From: Dehalococcoidia bacterium
Lineage (GTDB): Bacteria; Chloroflexota; Dehalococcoidia; Bin125
NCBI GenBank assembly: GCA_965247775.1
Contig: OZ252031.1
Coordinates: 1,621,496 to 1,685,495, forward strand
Reading direction: 5' to 3'
DNA: 64,000 nt
Every line of letters begins with the position of its first letter. Position 1 is the first letter of the stretch. A program made the translations under genes and the position numbers. The notes below the pieces were generated by a model. The model was not told the origin of the DNA, did no database searches, and was given only the letters and a program-made list of their open reading frames with translations. Below are positions 49,024 to 58,534 of this stretch, piece after piece.

Positions 49024-49100
49024 AGGAGTGTAGCTCAGTTTGGGAGAGCAGCGGTCTCCAAAACCGCAGGTCGGGGGTTCGAGTCCCTCCACTCCTGCCA
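49024..49100 (+). tRNA. tRNA-Trp (anticodon CCA)
   Basis: Cloverleaf with CUCCAAA loop. Confidence 0.9.
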
Positions 49101-49121
49101 GCGAGCGCTCCCAGGTCATGG

Positions 49122-49209
49122 GCCGAGGTGGTGGAACTGGTAGACACGCAGCGTTGAGGGCGCTGTGCCCGTTACGGGCGTAGGAGTTCGAGTCTCCTCC
49201 TCGGCACCA
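49122..49209 (+). tRNA. tRNA-Leu (anticodon GAG)
   Basis: Class II tRNA with long variable arm, UUGAGGG loop. Confidence 0.85.
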
Positions 49210-49260
49210 CCAGGGGGCAGCATCGCCGGTGAGCACGGGGCCGCGAGCGGAGTTGAACAA

Positions 49261-49335
49261 GCGGAAGTGGCGCAGCGGTAGCGCGTCTCCTTGCCAAGGA
49301 GAAGGTCGCGGGTTCAAATCCCGTCTTCCGCTCCA
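49261..49335 (+). tRNA. tRNA-Gly (anticodon GCC)
   Basis: Cloverleaf with UUGCCAA loop. Confidence 0.9.
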
Positions 49336-49363
49336 TCCCCCTCACCCCTTCCCTGCCCTCCGG

Positions 49364-49437
49364 GGCGACGTAGCCAAGTGGTAAGGCAAGGGTCTGCAAA
49401 ACCCCGATCACCGGTTCGAATCCGGTCGTCGCCTCCA
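49364..49437 (+). tRNA. tRNA-Cys (anticodon GCA)
   Basis: Cloverleaf with CUGCAAA loop; short D arm. Confidence 0.8.
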
Positions 49438-49525
49438 TCGCACCCCCGCCGTCCGCATGACCGCCGCGACCGCCGTCCCGCCGGTCCGTCGCCGGCAGCG
49501 CGCACCGCGGCGGGTACCCGCGCCG

Positions 49526-49966
49526 CTACGATCCCTCCTCATCGTCCACCACGGCCACGGCCTGCACTTCCACCAGCATGTCCGGGTGGGGGAAGCCAGA
49601 CACTGTGATCAGCGCGCTGGCCGGGTAGTCACTGGGAAAGAAGTCCCGTCGCAGTTCCACGAAACGCTCTCCATGACGCGACTCGCGCAGGAAGACCGTC
49701 ATGGTCACGATGTCCGAAAGCTGCCCGCCGGCCCGCTCCAGCGTGTCCGCGATACGGCCGAAGACGGCGCGGACCTGCCCATCGAAGTCGCCGGCAAGGG
49801 TCGGTCCCGTCACGGCCATCGCCGTGTCCTCCGTCGTGATCGCCGCCGGGTCCGTGGAGATCCCCAGCATGCCCGCCAGCCAGACGATGCGTCCGCCGCG
49901 GGTGCTGACCGCCGGAGAGAAGGTTCGCGCCTCCTCCCAGTCGCCCTTGATGTGGCTCCGCGCCAT
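49526..49966 (-). CDS. RidA/YjgF/TdcF family protein (paralog 3)
   Basis: 146 aa, DIVTMTVFLRE...YPASALITV...LVEVQAVAVV. Confidence 0.75.
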   Translation of the reverse strand: MARSHIKGDWEEARTFSPAVSTRGGRIVWLAGMLGISTDPAAITTEDTAMAVTGPTLAGDFDGQVRAVFGRIADTLERAGGQLSDIVTMTVFLRESRHGERFVELRRDFFPSDYPASALITVSGFPHPDMLVEVQAVAVVDDEEGS

Positions 49967-50119
49967 TGTGCCCCTCCTTCACGTCCGCCGGCCAGGATAC
50001 CGGTACCACCCCGGCGAGCGGCCTGACGAGGAGCATCCTCGGCGGCGGCGGCGCGGGCGATGCAGGCAACCGCGCCGGCCGTGCGCGGAGCGGGCTGGAA
50101 CCGTAATCTTGATGGGCTG

Positions 50120-50206
50120 GCCGGGATGGCGGAACGGGCAGACGCAGCGGACTTAAAATCCGCGGGCCTTCAGGCCGTGGGGGTTCGAGTCCCTCTCCCG
50201 GTACCA
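50120..50206 (+). tRNA. tRNA-Leu (anticodon TAA)
   Basis: Class II tRNA, CUUAAAA loop, long variable arm. Confidence 0.85.
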
Positions 50207-50403
50207 GACCCCAGGGCCGAGCCGCATTGCAGATACCGGAGGCTGCACATAGCGGGCGCGTGAGCGGGACTCGCGCGCGAACGGCTCCCTGCAGGAGCAT
50301 CCCATGGCATCCACGACCCTGCCGCGCGATCCGCGCGTGGTGAGCGCGGCGTGATATTCCTCCCAGGGCACCACGGACTCCGGGCTGAAGTCGGCGGCGC
50401 TCT

Positions 50404-50437
50404 CGTCCCAGTAGATCCAGCGTCCCAGTAGATCCAG
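50404..50437. repeat. 17-bp tandem duplication (GTCCCAGTAGATCCAGC / GTCCCAGTAGATCCAGA)
   Basis: Two adjacent 16/17-identical units in the intergenic region between tRNA-Leu(TAA) and the LLM oxidoreductase. Confidence 0.6.
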
Positions 50438-50511
50438 ATCAAGTACTTCATCAGATCCTCCCCTCCCCCCCAGCGACGCGCCCGGCCGCGCCGCCTTGAC
50501 GCTACCGCGGG

Positions 50512-51585
50512 TTATGTCGATCGGTCTTCGCCCCGGCCGTCCGCCGGCTGGGACGCCAGCCCGGCTACGAGTGCCATTAGCCGCGCCAGCGTCTCGACCC
50601 GCTGGTCGATCGCGCCGTCCAAGCCGACGCGGAGCGTCGTGACGCCGGCCGCGCGGTAGACGCTCAGCCGATCACGGACCATCCCCTCCGTCCCCAACAG
50701 GTTCACCTTTCGCGCCATCTCCAGAGGCACGCGGGCGCGGGCCTCTTCGCGCTTCCCGTCCAGCCAGAGCCGCTGCACCGCCTTGGCGTCATCCGCCCAG
50801 CCCTGCAGCACGAAGGCATCGGTGTAGAAGTTGCGCCGCGCCGACCCCATGGCTCCGAGCGTGAAGGCGAGTCCGCGGGCGTGGCGGGTGGCGGCTTCCT
50901 CGACATCGTCGGTGAACTCGACAGCGCCCCCGGCCATGATGTCGATGGCGCCAGCCGCCCGGCCCGCCGCAGCGGCGCCCTCCCACAGGGGTCCCAGCAG
51001 GCGGTCCGCCGTCTCCGGCAGGAACGACGTCCCCACCCAGCCGTCGGCCAGCTCTCCCGTCAGCCGCAGGCTGTTCGGGCCCAGGGCGGCGATGTAGATC
51101 GGCAGCGGCGCGATCGCGGGCGCACTCGCGCGCAGCGCTTTGCCCTCCCCACCGGGCAGCGGCAGCGTGTAGTGCCGGCCTGCGTAGACCAGGCGCTCGC
51201 CGCGGGTCGCCTTTCGCACGATCTCGATCGTCTCGCGCATACGGCTCACCGCACCGCGGAAGGGGATGCCGTGCCAGCCCTCGATCACCTGCGGCCCGCT
51301 CGTCCCCAGCCCCAGCACGAAGCGCCCGCCGGACACCGAGTGCATGCCCATGGCGGTCATCGCCAGCAGGGCCGGCGTTCGCGTCCCCGCCTGCAAGATT
51401 CCCGAGCCCAGGCGGATCGTCTCGGTCTGCCCGGCCAGGTACGCCAGCGGCGTGACGCCGTCGTGGCCCCAGGCCTCCGCCGACCAAACGGAGTCCACGC
51501 CCAGGCGCTCCGCCTCTCGCACGTAGGCAGTCGTCGCCGGCCAGTCGGTGGCGCCGTCCCGCGGCAGGGAGATGGCGACGCGCAT
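50512..51585 (-). CDS. Luciferase-like monooxygenase (LLM) class flavin/F420-dependent oxidoreductase
   Basis: MRVAISLP... TIM-barrel LLM signature; start at M92 of the long ORF. Confidence 0.75.
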   Translation of the reverse strand: MRVAISLPRDGATDWPATTAYVREAERLGVDSVWSAEAWGHDGVTPLAYLAGQTETIRLGSGILQAGTRTPALLAMTAMGMHSVSGGRFVLGLGTSGPQVIEGWHGIPFRGAVSRMRETIEIVRKATRGERLVYAGRHYTLPLPGGEGKALRASAPAIAPLPIYIAALGPNSLRLTGELADGWVGTSFLPETADRLLGPLWEGAAAAGRAAGAIDIMAGGAVEFTDDVEEAATRHARGLAFTLGAMGSARRNFYTDAFVLQGWADDAKAVQRLWLDGKREEARARVPLEMARKVNLLGTEGMVRDRLSVYRAAGVTTLRVGLDGAIDQRVETLARLMALVAGLASQPADGRGEDRST

Positions 51586-51605
51586 GGGCGCTCCTGCCTT
51601 GCCGC

Positions 51606-52127
51606 TCAGACCGGGTACCCCTGAGCCGACTTGATCGCCTGGACCTGGCGGGCGTGGTCCTGATCGTGGATGCGCTGAAACAGGAACCAGGCGCGGCAGT
51701 GCAGGGGCCCGAAGAAGGGGTGCGGGGCGGTCGGCTGGAGCGAGACATCGTCGGGGAATTGGGTGGCCAGCGAGGAAAAGGTGACGGAGTCGGCCAGCAG
51801 CGCCCGCCGCAGCTCCCCCAGCGACGCGCGGGCCGGCTCTTGGGCGGGGTCCGTCCACTCAGGGGCGCCGGCCTCGTCCCCATTCGCGAGCTGCGCGATC
51901 GTCGCGGCCACGGCGCGGGAGCCGCTGAGGAGGTGGTGCGCGACCTCGCGGATCGTCCAGTCCGCCGGCGCGGAACGGAAGTCGCCCTGCGCGGGCGACA
52001 CGTCCGCGACGGCGTCGAGCACCTCCAGGCGACCGGCCATCACGCGCGGCCAGAGTTCCAGCCAGGTACGCTTCTGCCCCTGGCCCAGCAGGTAGCCGGA
52101 GATCCGGCCCCGGTCGTCGTCCGCCAT
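51606..52127 (-). CDS. DinB family protein
   Basis: His motifs IREVAHHLL ... RIHDQDHARQV; start at M17, alternatively M1 at 52175. Confidence 0.6.
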   Translation of the reverse strand: MADDDRGRISGYLLGQGQKRTWLELWPRVMAGRLEVLDAVADVSPAQGDFRSAPADWTIREVAHHLLSGSRAVAATIAQLANGDEAGAPEWTDPAQEPARASLGELRRALLADSVTFSSLATQFPDDVSLQPTAPHPFFGPLHCRAWFLFQRIHDQDHARQVQAIKSAQGYPV

Positions 52128-52219
52128 GAGAGCCCTCACCCTTCGCTCCGTGTTAGAACGGGGCGAGGCTAGCAAACCCCGGCCTGCCCCAGCCGCGGAC
52201 GGAAGCCCCGGAGCCTGCC

Positions 52220-53308
52220 ATGACTCGTCTCGCCATCCAGGCCCTGGAGGCGACGCCGCTGCGGATTCCTTTGGCGCGCGCCGTGACCAGCTCCCTCGGC
52301 ACCTACGAACATCTGGACGTGGTGCTGGTCACGCTCACAACCTCCGACGGTCCCAGCGGCCAGGGCCTCAGCGTGGGCCTCGGCGGCGGCGGCGCCACTG
52401 CCATCGCCCCGTACATCCAGCGGGAGCTGGCGCCGCTCGCCCTGGGACAGGACGCCCTGGCTCCGGAGGCTCTCTGGGAGCGGCTCTGGGGGCCCAACAA
52501 AGCGCGCATGCGGGCAGGGCTCGGCGTGCAGGCGCTCTCCGCGATTGATATCGCCTGCTGGGACGTCGTCGGCAAAGCGGCGGGGCTGCCTCTCTGGCGG
52601 CTGCTGGGAGGCTACCGCCCGCTGGTCCCGGCCTACGGCAGCGGTGGCTGGCTCTCGCTCTCCGACGCGGAGTTGGTGGCGGAGGCGCAGGCCTTCGCGG
52701 CGCAGGGCCTGCGCGCCTACAAGTTCAAGGTCGGCTCGCCCCGCGACGCCGAGCGGGCGGCGCTGCTCCGCCGCGAGCTGGGCCCCGACTTCGGCCTCTA
52801 CGCCGACGCCAATCAGGCCTACCGCGTGGCGGAAGCGCTGGAGGCCGCACGGGCGCTGGCCCCGGCGGGAGTCGGCTGGTTGGAGGAGCCGGTGCTCGCC
52901 GACACCCTGGACGATGTCGCGGCCGTCGCCGCGAGTAGCCCCATCCCCGTCGCGGTGGGCGAGAACGTCTACCTGCGCTGGGGCTTCCGTGCCGTCTGCG
53001 AGCGCCGCGCGGCGGCTTTCCTGCAACCGGACGTGGGCCGCTGCGGCGGCGTGACGGAGTCCCGCAAGATCGCCCACCTCGCCGACGCCTACCGCCTTCG
53101 CCTCAGCAGCCACTTGCTGCACGAGATCTCCGTCAGCCTGCTGGCTGCAACGCCGGCCGCCTTCCAGGTGGAGTACATGGAACTGATCCCCGCCGACGCC
53201 CTCGCGCGCCCCATCGAATTGCGGGACGGCGCCCTGGTTGCTCCGGAGGTCCCGGGGCACGGCGTGGCGCTGACAGGAGAGGCCCTGCGGCGCTTCGCCT
53301 TGGATTAG
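52220..53308 (+). CDS. Mandelate racemase/muconate lactonizing enzyme family protein (enolase superfamily)
   Basis: KFKVG general-base Lys, metal ligands in YADANQAY...LEEP...VGEN pattern. Confidence 0.8.
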   Translation: MTRLAIQALEATPLRIPLARAVTSSLGTYEHLDVVLVTLTTSDGPSGQGLSVGLGGGGATAIAPYIQRELAPLALGQDALAPEALWERLWGPNKARMRAGLGVQALSAIDIACWDVVGKAAGLPLWRLLGGYRPLVPAYGSGGWLSLSDAELVAEAQAFAAQGLRAYKFKVGSPRDAERAALLRRELGPDFGLYADANQAYRVAEALEAARALAPAGVGWLEEPVLADTLDDVAAVAASSPIPVAVGENVYLRWGFRAVCERRAAAFLQPDVGRCGGVTESRKIAHLADAYRLRLSSHLLHEISVSLLAATPAAFQVEYMELIPADALARPIELRDGALVAPEVPGHGVALTGEALRRFALD

Positions 53309-53573
53309 ACGCCGGGGACGCTAGACGCCGCACTCCGCTGTGGAGCGCCAGCGCCCGTCCTCCAGCCCCCGTCGCCGCCGGGACCGGGTCGGCGGGGAGA
53401 GCCTCGGCGGGCGTGGCAGCGTCGTCCAGAGGAGGGATGCTGGGATCGGCATCGCCGCCTGCGCCGGCGGCCAGCGCCAGGACAGCGAGAGCCAGGGCCA
53501 GACCCCACCACCTCACCATACTGCTCCCGCTTCCGCCCCCCGGATCCCCTGGCAGCGGAACGGCGGTCCAGCC

Positions 53574-54455
53574 TCAGTCCCGGACAAACTCCCGCACCGC
53601 CTGTACGAAGGCCGCCAAGCGATCGTGGTGCACCCAGTGGCCCGCGCGCTGAAAGGTCTCCGTGCGGACGTCCCGGAAGTGGTCCAGCAGCCCCGTCGCG
53701 CCGGGATCGGCGGCCCAGCTCTCGCTGCCGCGGACCAAGAGGACCGGACAATCGATGCGGCCCCACAACTCGTGCGCGTCCTCCTCGTTGAAGCGGTGGG
53801 GAGAGAAGGCCCGCACGTAGTTGTCGAATTTCCAGGTGTACGTCCCATCTTCGTTCTGGTTCGTGCCGTGGATCGTGAGGTGCCGTGCCTGAGAGGGGGA
53901 GAGGAACGGGTTCGCGTCGCGCATGCGACGCACGGCCGCTTCGATGGTCTCGTAGCGGCGGACGTCGCGGGCGGCGAGGTTGCGCAGCGTTTCGACCCAG
54001 CCCGCCATGCGCTCGTGCGCGGGCTTCGCGTCCCGCTCGCGAATCATGTCCGGGGACGGGCCCCAGCCTTCGACGGAGACGATGCGGCGCACCGCCTGCG
54101 GATAGACGCCGGCGTACTGCAGGGTGATGTTGCCACCCAGGGAATGCCCCACGATCGTCAGCGGGGCCAGCCGCTTCTGGTCGATTAGCTGCGCAATGTC
54201 GTAGACGTAGTCAATGATCGTGTAACCGGCGCCGATCACCCACTGCGAATCGCCGTGCCCGCGCAGGTCGGGTGCGATCACGTGAAAGTCGTCGCGGAAG
54301 GCCTGCGCCACCCAGTCCCAGTTGCGGCAGTGGTCGCGTCCGCCGTGCACCAACAGGAGTGGGGGTGCGTCGTCGTTGCCCCAGTCCACGTAGTGCAGCC
54401 GCAGCCGCTGCGAGAAGTAGACGTGCGAGGCAGGCCCGGGAGCGCCCTGCGTCAT
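53574..54455 (-). CDS. Alpha/beta hydrolase fold protein
   Basis: LLLVHGG oxyanion region, GHSLGG nucleophile elbow, C-terminal His. Confidence 0.8.
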   Translation of the reverse strand: MTQGAPGPASHVYFSQRLRLHYVDWGNDDAPPLLLVHGGRDHCRNWDWVAQAFRDDFHVIAPDLRGHGDSQWVIGAGYTIIDYVYDIAQLIDQKRLAPLTIVGHSLGGNITLQYAGVYPQAVRRIVSVEGWGPSPDMIRERDAKPAHERMAGWVETLRNLAARDVRRYETIEAAVRRMRDANPFLSPSQARHLTIHGTNQNEDGTYTWKFDNYVRAFSPHRFNEEDAHELWGRIDCPVLLVRGSESWAADPGATGLLDHFRDVRTETFQRAGHWVHHDRLAAFVQAVREFVRD

Positions 54456-54807
54456 GGTCGTATCCTACCGACGGAGCGGCCGATGAATTGTCGGGGGGAG
54501 AGACGGGATGGGATCTGTTGTGGTCATCTGCCGTGAGGACCTGGAAACGCTTGCAGGACGGGCTTCTGTACACGGCGACAGAACTCGCACCGTTCTTTAG
54601 CGCCGGCATCGATGCGGGCTTCGACCGCTGGACCGCGGCCTCGATCCCGGAGGCCGCCTGGCTCCGAGGGATCGGTTGCGCGAGCGCTTCGGCCCGGAAC
54701 AAGGCGACGCGATCGACACCCGCAGCCTGGCGCAGTGACGCCCAGCGCGGCGGACACGGAACCGCATAGACTGACCCGCGACGGCGACGCCAGCGAGCGG
54801 AGGCGAC

Positions 54808-56058
54808 ATGTCCGACAACGGACGCGGCGACCCAGCACTGGGGCCGCTGAGCGGGCTCAAAGTCGTGGAGTGCACCACCTGGGCTTTCGGGCCGCTGTGC
54901 GGCGCGATGCTGGGCGATCTGGGCGCCGACGTCGTCAAGATCGAGAATCCCCGCCAGCCCGACGCCGCCCGGTCGCTGCTTCTGGTCGCCAGCACCGACA
55001 TGACGATGCCCGACGGCACAAGCGCCCTCTTCGACATCCTCAACCGCAACAAGCGCTCGCTCGCTATCGACCTCAAGTCCGCGGGCGGCTATGCCCTGCT
55101 GCAGGAACTGATCGCCGAGGCCGACATCTTCCTCCAGAACTTCCGCCCCGGCGTCTTCGACCGGATGGGGCTGGGCTACGATGACCTCGCCGCGGCGCAC
55201 CCTCGCCTCATCTACGCCTGCACCTCCGGCTACGGTCTCCAGGGCGACGAGGCCGAACGCCCCGCCTTCGATCCGGTTGGCCAAGCGCGGGCGGGGATGT
55301 TCTACGCCGGCGGCGCGCCCGGGGACCCGCCCAACTGGCTTAGCTACGGCTTCGCCGACATCATGGGCGCCAGCATGCTGGCCTACGGGGTCGTGGCGGC
55401 GGTCGCGGCGCGGGAGCGGCACGGGATGGGGCAGTTGGTGGAGGCCTCGCACCTGCAGGCCTCCATGTGGCTGGAGTTCTGGGGGATCGGCGCCGGCCTC
55501 TACAAGGGTTTGAGTGACTGGCCCCGCTTCGATCGGGAGACCGCCGGCAACCCCCTCTTCAACCACTACCAGGCGGCCGACGGCGAGTGGCTCACGCTCG
55601 GCATCCTGGACTCCGCCCGCCACTGGCCGGACTTCTGCGCGGCGCTGGATCTGCCGGATCTGATCGCCGATGCCCGCTTCTGTGACGCCGAGGCCCGGCG
55701 GGCCAACGCGGCACACTTGGTGCGTCTGCTGGACGCGCGTTTCGCCGCCGAGCCGCGCGCGGTCTGGGAGGAGCGCTTGGGGAGCCATCCAGACCTCATC
55801 TTCGAGCGGGTGCAGCGCATCGGCGATCTGCCCAGCGACCCCGCAGTGGTGGCGAATCGGTACCTGGTCGACGTCGCGCACCCGCGCTACGGCCCCGTGC
55901 AGATGCTCCGCCACCCCGTGAACTTGTCCGCCACGCCCGCCCGTATCCAGCGAACGGCCCCGGAACTCGGGCAGCACAGCGCCGAGGTGCTGCGCGAACG
56001 CCTGGGCAAGAGCGACGATGAGATCGCCGATCTCGTGCTCAACGGCACGATCGCCTGA
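54808..56058 (+). CDS. CoA-transferase family III (CaiB/BaiF) protein
   Basis: LSGLKVVECTTWAFGP...GADVVKIE N-terminus, conserved Asp region. Confidence 0.85.
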   Translation: MSDNGRGDPALGPLSGLKVVECTTWAFGPLCGAMLGDLGADVVKIENPRQPDAARSLLLVASTDMTMPDGTSALFDILNRNKRSLAIDLKSAGGYALLQELIAEADIFLQNFRPGVFDRMGLGYDDLAAAHPRLIYACTSGYGLQGDEAERPAFDPVGQARAGMFYAGGAPGDPPNWLSYGFADIMGASMLAYGVVAAVAARERHGMGQLVEASHLQASMWLEFWGIGAGLYKGLSDWPRFDRETAGNPLFNHYQAADGEWLTLGILDSARHWPDFCAALDLPDLIADARFCDAEARRANAAHLVRLLDARFAAEPRAVWEERLGSHPDLIFERVQRIGDLPSDPAVVANRYLVDVAHPRYGPVQMLRHPVNLSATPARIQRTAPELGQHSAEVLRERLGKSDDEIADLVLNGTIA

Positions 56059-56083
56059 ACACTTAGAGCAGGAGCCTGAACAC

Positions 56084-56755
56084 CTAGAACAGGGTCATCT
56101 CGGCCAGGGCGGACGAGGCGGTCAGGCGGGCCTCGGTCTGTTCCTGAATCGACTCCAGCGTCCAGCCGGGCGCGTACTCCACGAGCGCCAGACCGTGCGG
56201 CGTCACGTCGACCACGGCGATATCCGTGATGATCCGCTGCACGGCGCGAGGTGCCGTGACGGGCAGGGTCAGCTCCGTGCGGATCTTGGCCCCGCCGTCG
56301 TTGGTGTTGTGGCGCATCAGGGCGACGACACGCTTGGCGCAGAAGGCCAGATCCTGCCCGCCGCCGAAGCTGCCGATGACCTTGCCGGGGATGTGGTAGT
56401 TGGCCAGGTCCCCTTGCTCGCCCACCTCCAGCGCGCCCAGCATGGTCAGATCGATGTACCCGCCGCGGATCATGGCGAAGGATTCGTCGTGCGTAACGAA
56501 GGCCATTCCCGGCGCGCGCGAGACCGGCTGGCCGCTGGCGTTGATCAGGAAGATGTCCGCCTCTCCGGCCTCCTCGATCACCGGGCCAAAGCCGAGCACG
56601 CCGTTTTCCGAGTGGAAGATGACCTCCGTCTCAGGCGGGAGGTAGCTGCTTGCCAGGGTGGGGATCCCCACCCCCAGATTGACGATCATCCCGTCGCCGA
56701 ACTCCTTGGCGGCGCGCATCGCCATGATGTCTTCGGTGAGGCGTTCGGCGCTCAC
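56084..56755 (-). CDS. 3-oxoacid CoA-transferase subunit B
   Basis: GMIVNLGVGIPT ... catalytic Glu in ENG (SENGVLG); GTG start overlaps the subunit A stop (GTGA). Confidence 0.85.
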   Translation of the reverse strand: MSAERLTEDIMAMRAAKEFGDGMIVNLGVGIPTLASSYLPPETEVIFHSENGVLGFGPVIEEAGEADIFLINASGQPVSRAPGMAFVTHDESFAMIRGGYIDLTMLGALEVGEQGDLANYHIPGKVIGSFGGGQDLAFCAKRVVALMRHNTNDGGAKIRTELTLPVTAPRAVQRIITDIAVVDVTPHGLALVEYAPGWTLESIQEQTEARLTASSALAEMTLF

Positions 56756-57516
56756 GCCGGCTCCTCCAGGGCCCGGGGGGAGTCCGGCCGCACGACCACC
56801 CGGTCCACGTAGAGCCCGGGCGTGACGACGCACTCGGGGTCGATCCCGCCCAGCTCTACTACCTCGTCGACCTCCGCGATCGTCACCTCGGCCGCCCCCG
56901 CCATCGTCGAGTTCAGCGTCCGTCCGGTGCCCTGGTAGACGAGGTTGCCGAAGCGGTCCGCCCGGTGCGCGCGGATGATCGAGAAGTCGGCCCGCAGCGC
57001 GGTCTCCAGCAGGTGGGGCACGCCGTCGAAGTCGCGAATCTCCTTGCCCTCGGCGACTACCGTACCCACCCCGACGGGGGTATAGAAGCCGGCGATGCCG
57101 GCGCGGCCGCAGCGGATTCGCTCGGCCAAGCTGCCCTGCCCAATCAGCTCGACTTCGACCTCCCCCTTTTTCAGCTGCCGTTCGAAGGGCCACTCGATCA
57201 TGCCCGGCGCGGCCGGGAAGGCAAGGATGCCTTTGCGGATCTGGCCGCGCTCGGCGAGCACGCCGACATCGTAGAAGTCCTCCGGGAAGCCGATCATTGA
57301 GCGCATCTTCTCGCGCACCTGCGCCAGCATCTCCAGCCCCAGGCCGCCCAGGTTGCTCGTCACGGTCAGGTCCCGCACACCCTTGCGCACCAGCGCGGCG
57401 ATGAGGTAGCTGGGGCACTCGCCCGGGCCCGCGAAGCCACCCACATGGAGGAACGCCCCGTCGGACACGTCCGCGACGGCGTCGTCGAAGCTGCCGACGA
57501 CCTTGTTGACGGCCAC
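56752..57516 (-). CDS. 3-oxoacid CoA-transferase subunit A
   Basis: Family I CoA-transferase alpha-subunit fold (LHVGGFAGPGEC..., FYTPVGVGT). Confidence 0.85.
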   Translation of the reverse strand: MAVNKVVGSFDDAVADVSDGAFLHVGGFAGPGECPSYLIAALVRKGVRDLTVTSNLGGLGLEMLAQVREKMRSMIGFPEDFYDVGVLAERGQIRKGILAFPAAPGMIEWPFERQLKKGEVEVELIGQGSLAERIRCGRAGIAGFYTPVGVGTVVAEGKEIRDFDGVPHLLETALRADFSIIRAHRADRFGNLVYQGTGRTLNSTMAGAAEVTIAEVDEVVELGGIDPECVVTPGLYVDRVVVRPDSPRALEEPA

Positions 57517-57532
57517 GCCTGCCCCTTCGCCG

Positions 57533-58444
57533 CTACACGCGAGCGCCGGCGTGCGCTAGGCAGAACGCGCCGATTCGTTCCAGCGCCTCGCGCGCCTCGG
57601 GCACGGTTGCCCACTGATGCTGCCAGACGTGGAACATGTCGGGCCAGATCTCCTCGACCACCTCGACACCGGCGGCGCGGGCCCGCTCCGCGAAAAGCTG
57701 CGTGTCGTCGAGCAGCACCTCCGGCTCGCCCGCCTGCAGGAGGAGCGGGGGCAATCCGTGCAGATCGGCGAAGAGGGGCGAGGCCAGGGGGGAGCGCGGA
57801 TCGGTTTCGCCCAGGTACGCCGCGGCCATCCCCTCCAGGCCCGCCTTGCTGACCCGGATGTCGGTTCCGCGGCGCGACTCGAACGACCCGCTCGACATCG
57901 TGAGATCCGTCCAACCCGACATCGACGCGGCGGCGTTGGGGAGCCGAACCCCGGCCTCGCGGGCGGCCAGGAGTACCGCCAGGGTCAGCCCTCCGCCCGC
58001 GGAGTCGCCAGCCACGTAGGCATCAGCGGCGGCGGCGGGGCCGTTCGGGCCGTTGTCCAGCAGGAAGCGGTAGGCGGCGAGGGCGTCGTCCACGGCGGCG
58101 GGGAAGGGGTGCTCCGGAGCGAGGCGGTAATCCACCGCCAGCGCCGCGGCGCCGCTCACCTCGGAAAGGATCGCCGCCATGTCGCGGTGGGTGTTGAGGT
58201 TGCCGAGCACGTAGCCGCCGCCGTGCAGGTAGAGCAGGCGGCGGCTCGGATCGGCGCCCGCAGCGACGACCCACTCACAGGACACCCCGTTGGCGTCCAG
58301 CGGCGCCGCAGTCGCGCCGGGGGGCATGGGGTACTGCGCGTTCCGCTCGTAGAGCTGACGCTGCTCGGCCCGCGAAAGCGACGGATCGGGCAACGGCGTG
58401 CTGCGAATCTTCTCAACGGCGGCCTGGAACTCAACGGACGGCAT
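57533..58444 (-). CDS. Alpha/beta hydrolase fold-3 esterase/lipase (HSL family)
   Basis: HGGGY oxyanion motif, GDSAGG nucleophile elbow. Confidence 0.75.
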   Translation of the reverse strand: MPSVEFQAAVEKIRSTPLPDPSLSRAEQRQLYERNAQYPMPPGATAAPLDANGVSCEWVVAAGADPSRRLLYLHGGGYVLGNLNTHRDMAAILSEVSGAAALAVDYRLAPEHPFPAAVDDALAAYRFLLDNGPNGPAAAADAYVAGDSAGGGLTLAVLLAAREAGVRLPNAAASMSGWTDLTMSSGSFESRRGTDIRVSKAGLEGMAAAYLGETDPRSPLASPLFADLHGLPPLLLQAGEPEVLLDDTQLFAERARAAGVEVVEEIWPDMFHVWQHQWATVPEAREALERIGAFCLAHAGARV

Positions 58445-58534
58445 CGTGCTCCTCCAGGAAAGGGCGGGCATGCGGATAGCAGGCCGCGCGGCCGACATGC
58501 TACCGGATCGCCGGAGCGTGGCTGGGGGCGGGCC

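Noticed and set aside
50153-50451. 94-aa ORF (MKYLIWIYWDESAADF...) that would be restored by removing the 17-bp duplication
   Set aside because: It would run antisense through tRNA-Leu(TAA) and has no homolog I recognise; the duplication is reported as a repeat, not as a disrupted gene
53340-53519. Minus-strand ORF starting MVRWWGLALALAVLALAAGAGG..., which looks like a signal peptide of a small secreted Ala/Pro-rich protein
   Set aside because: After ~55 residues it degenerates into an Arg-rich sequence, and it overlaps the 3' end of the racemase gene by ~175 nt in antisense; most likely a chance frame
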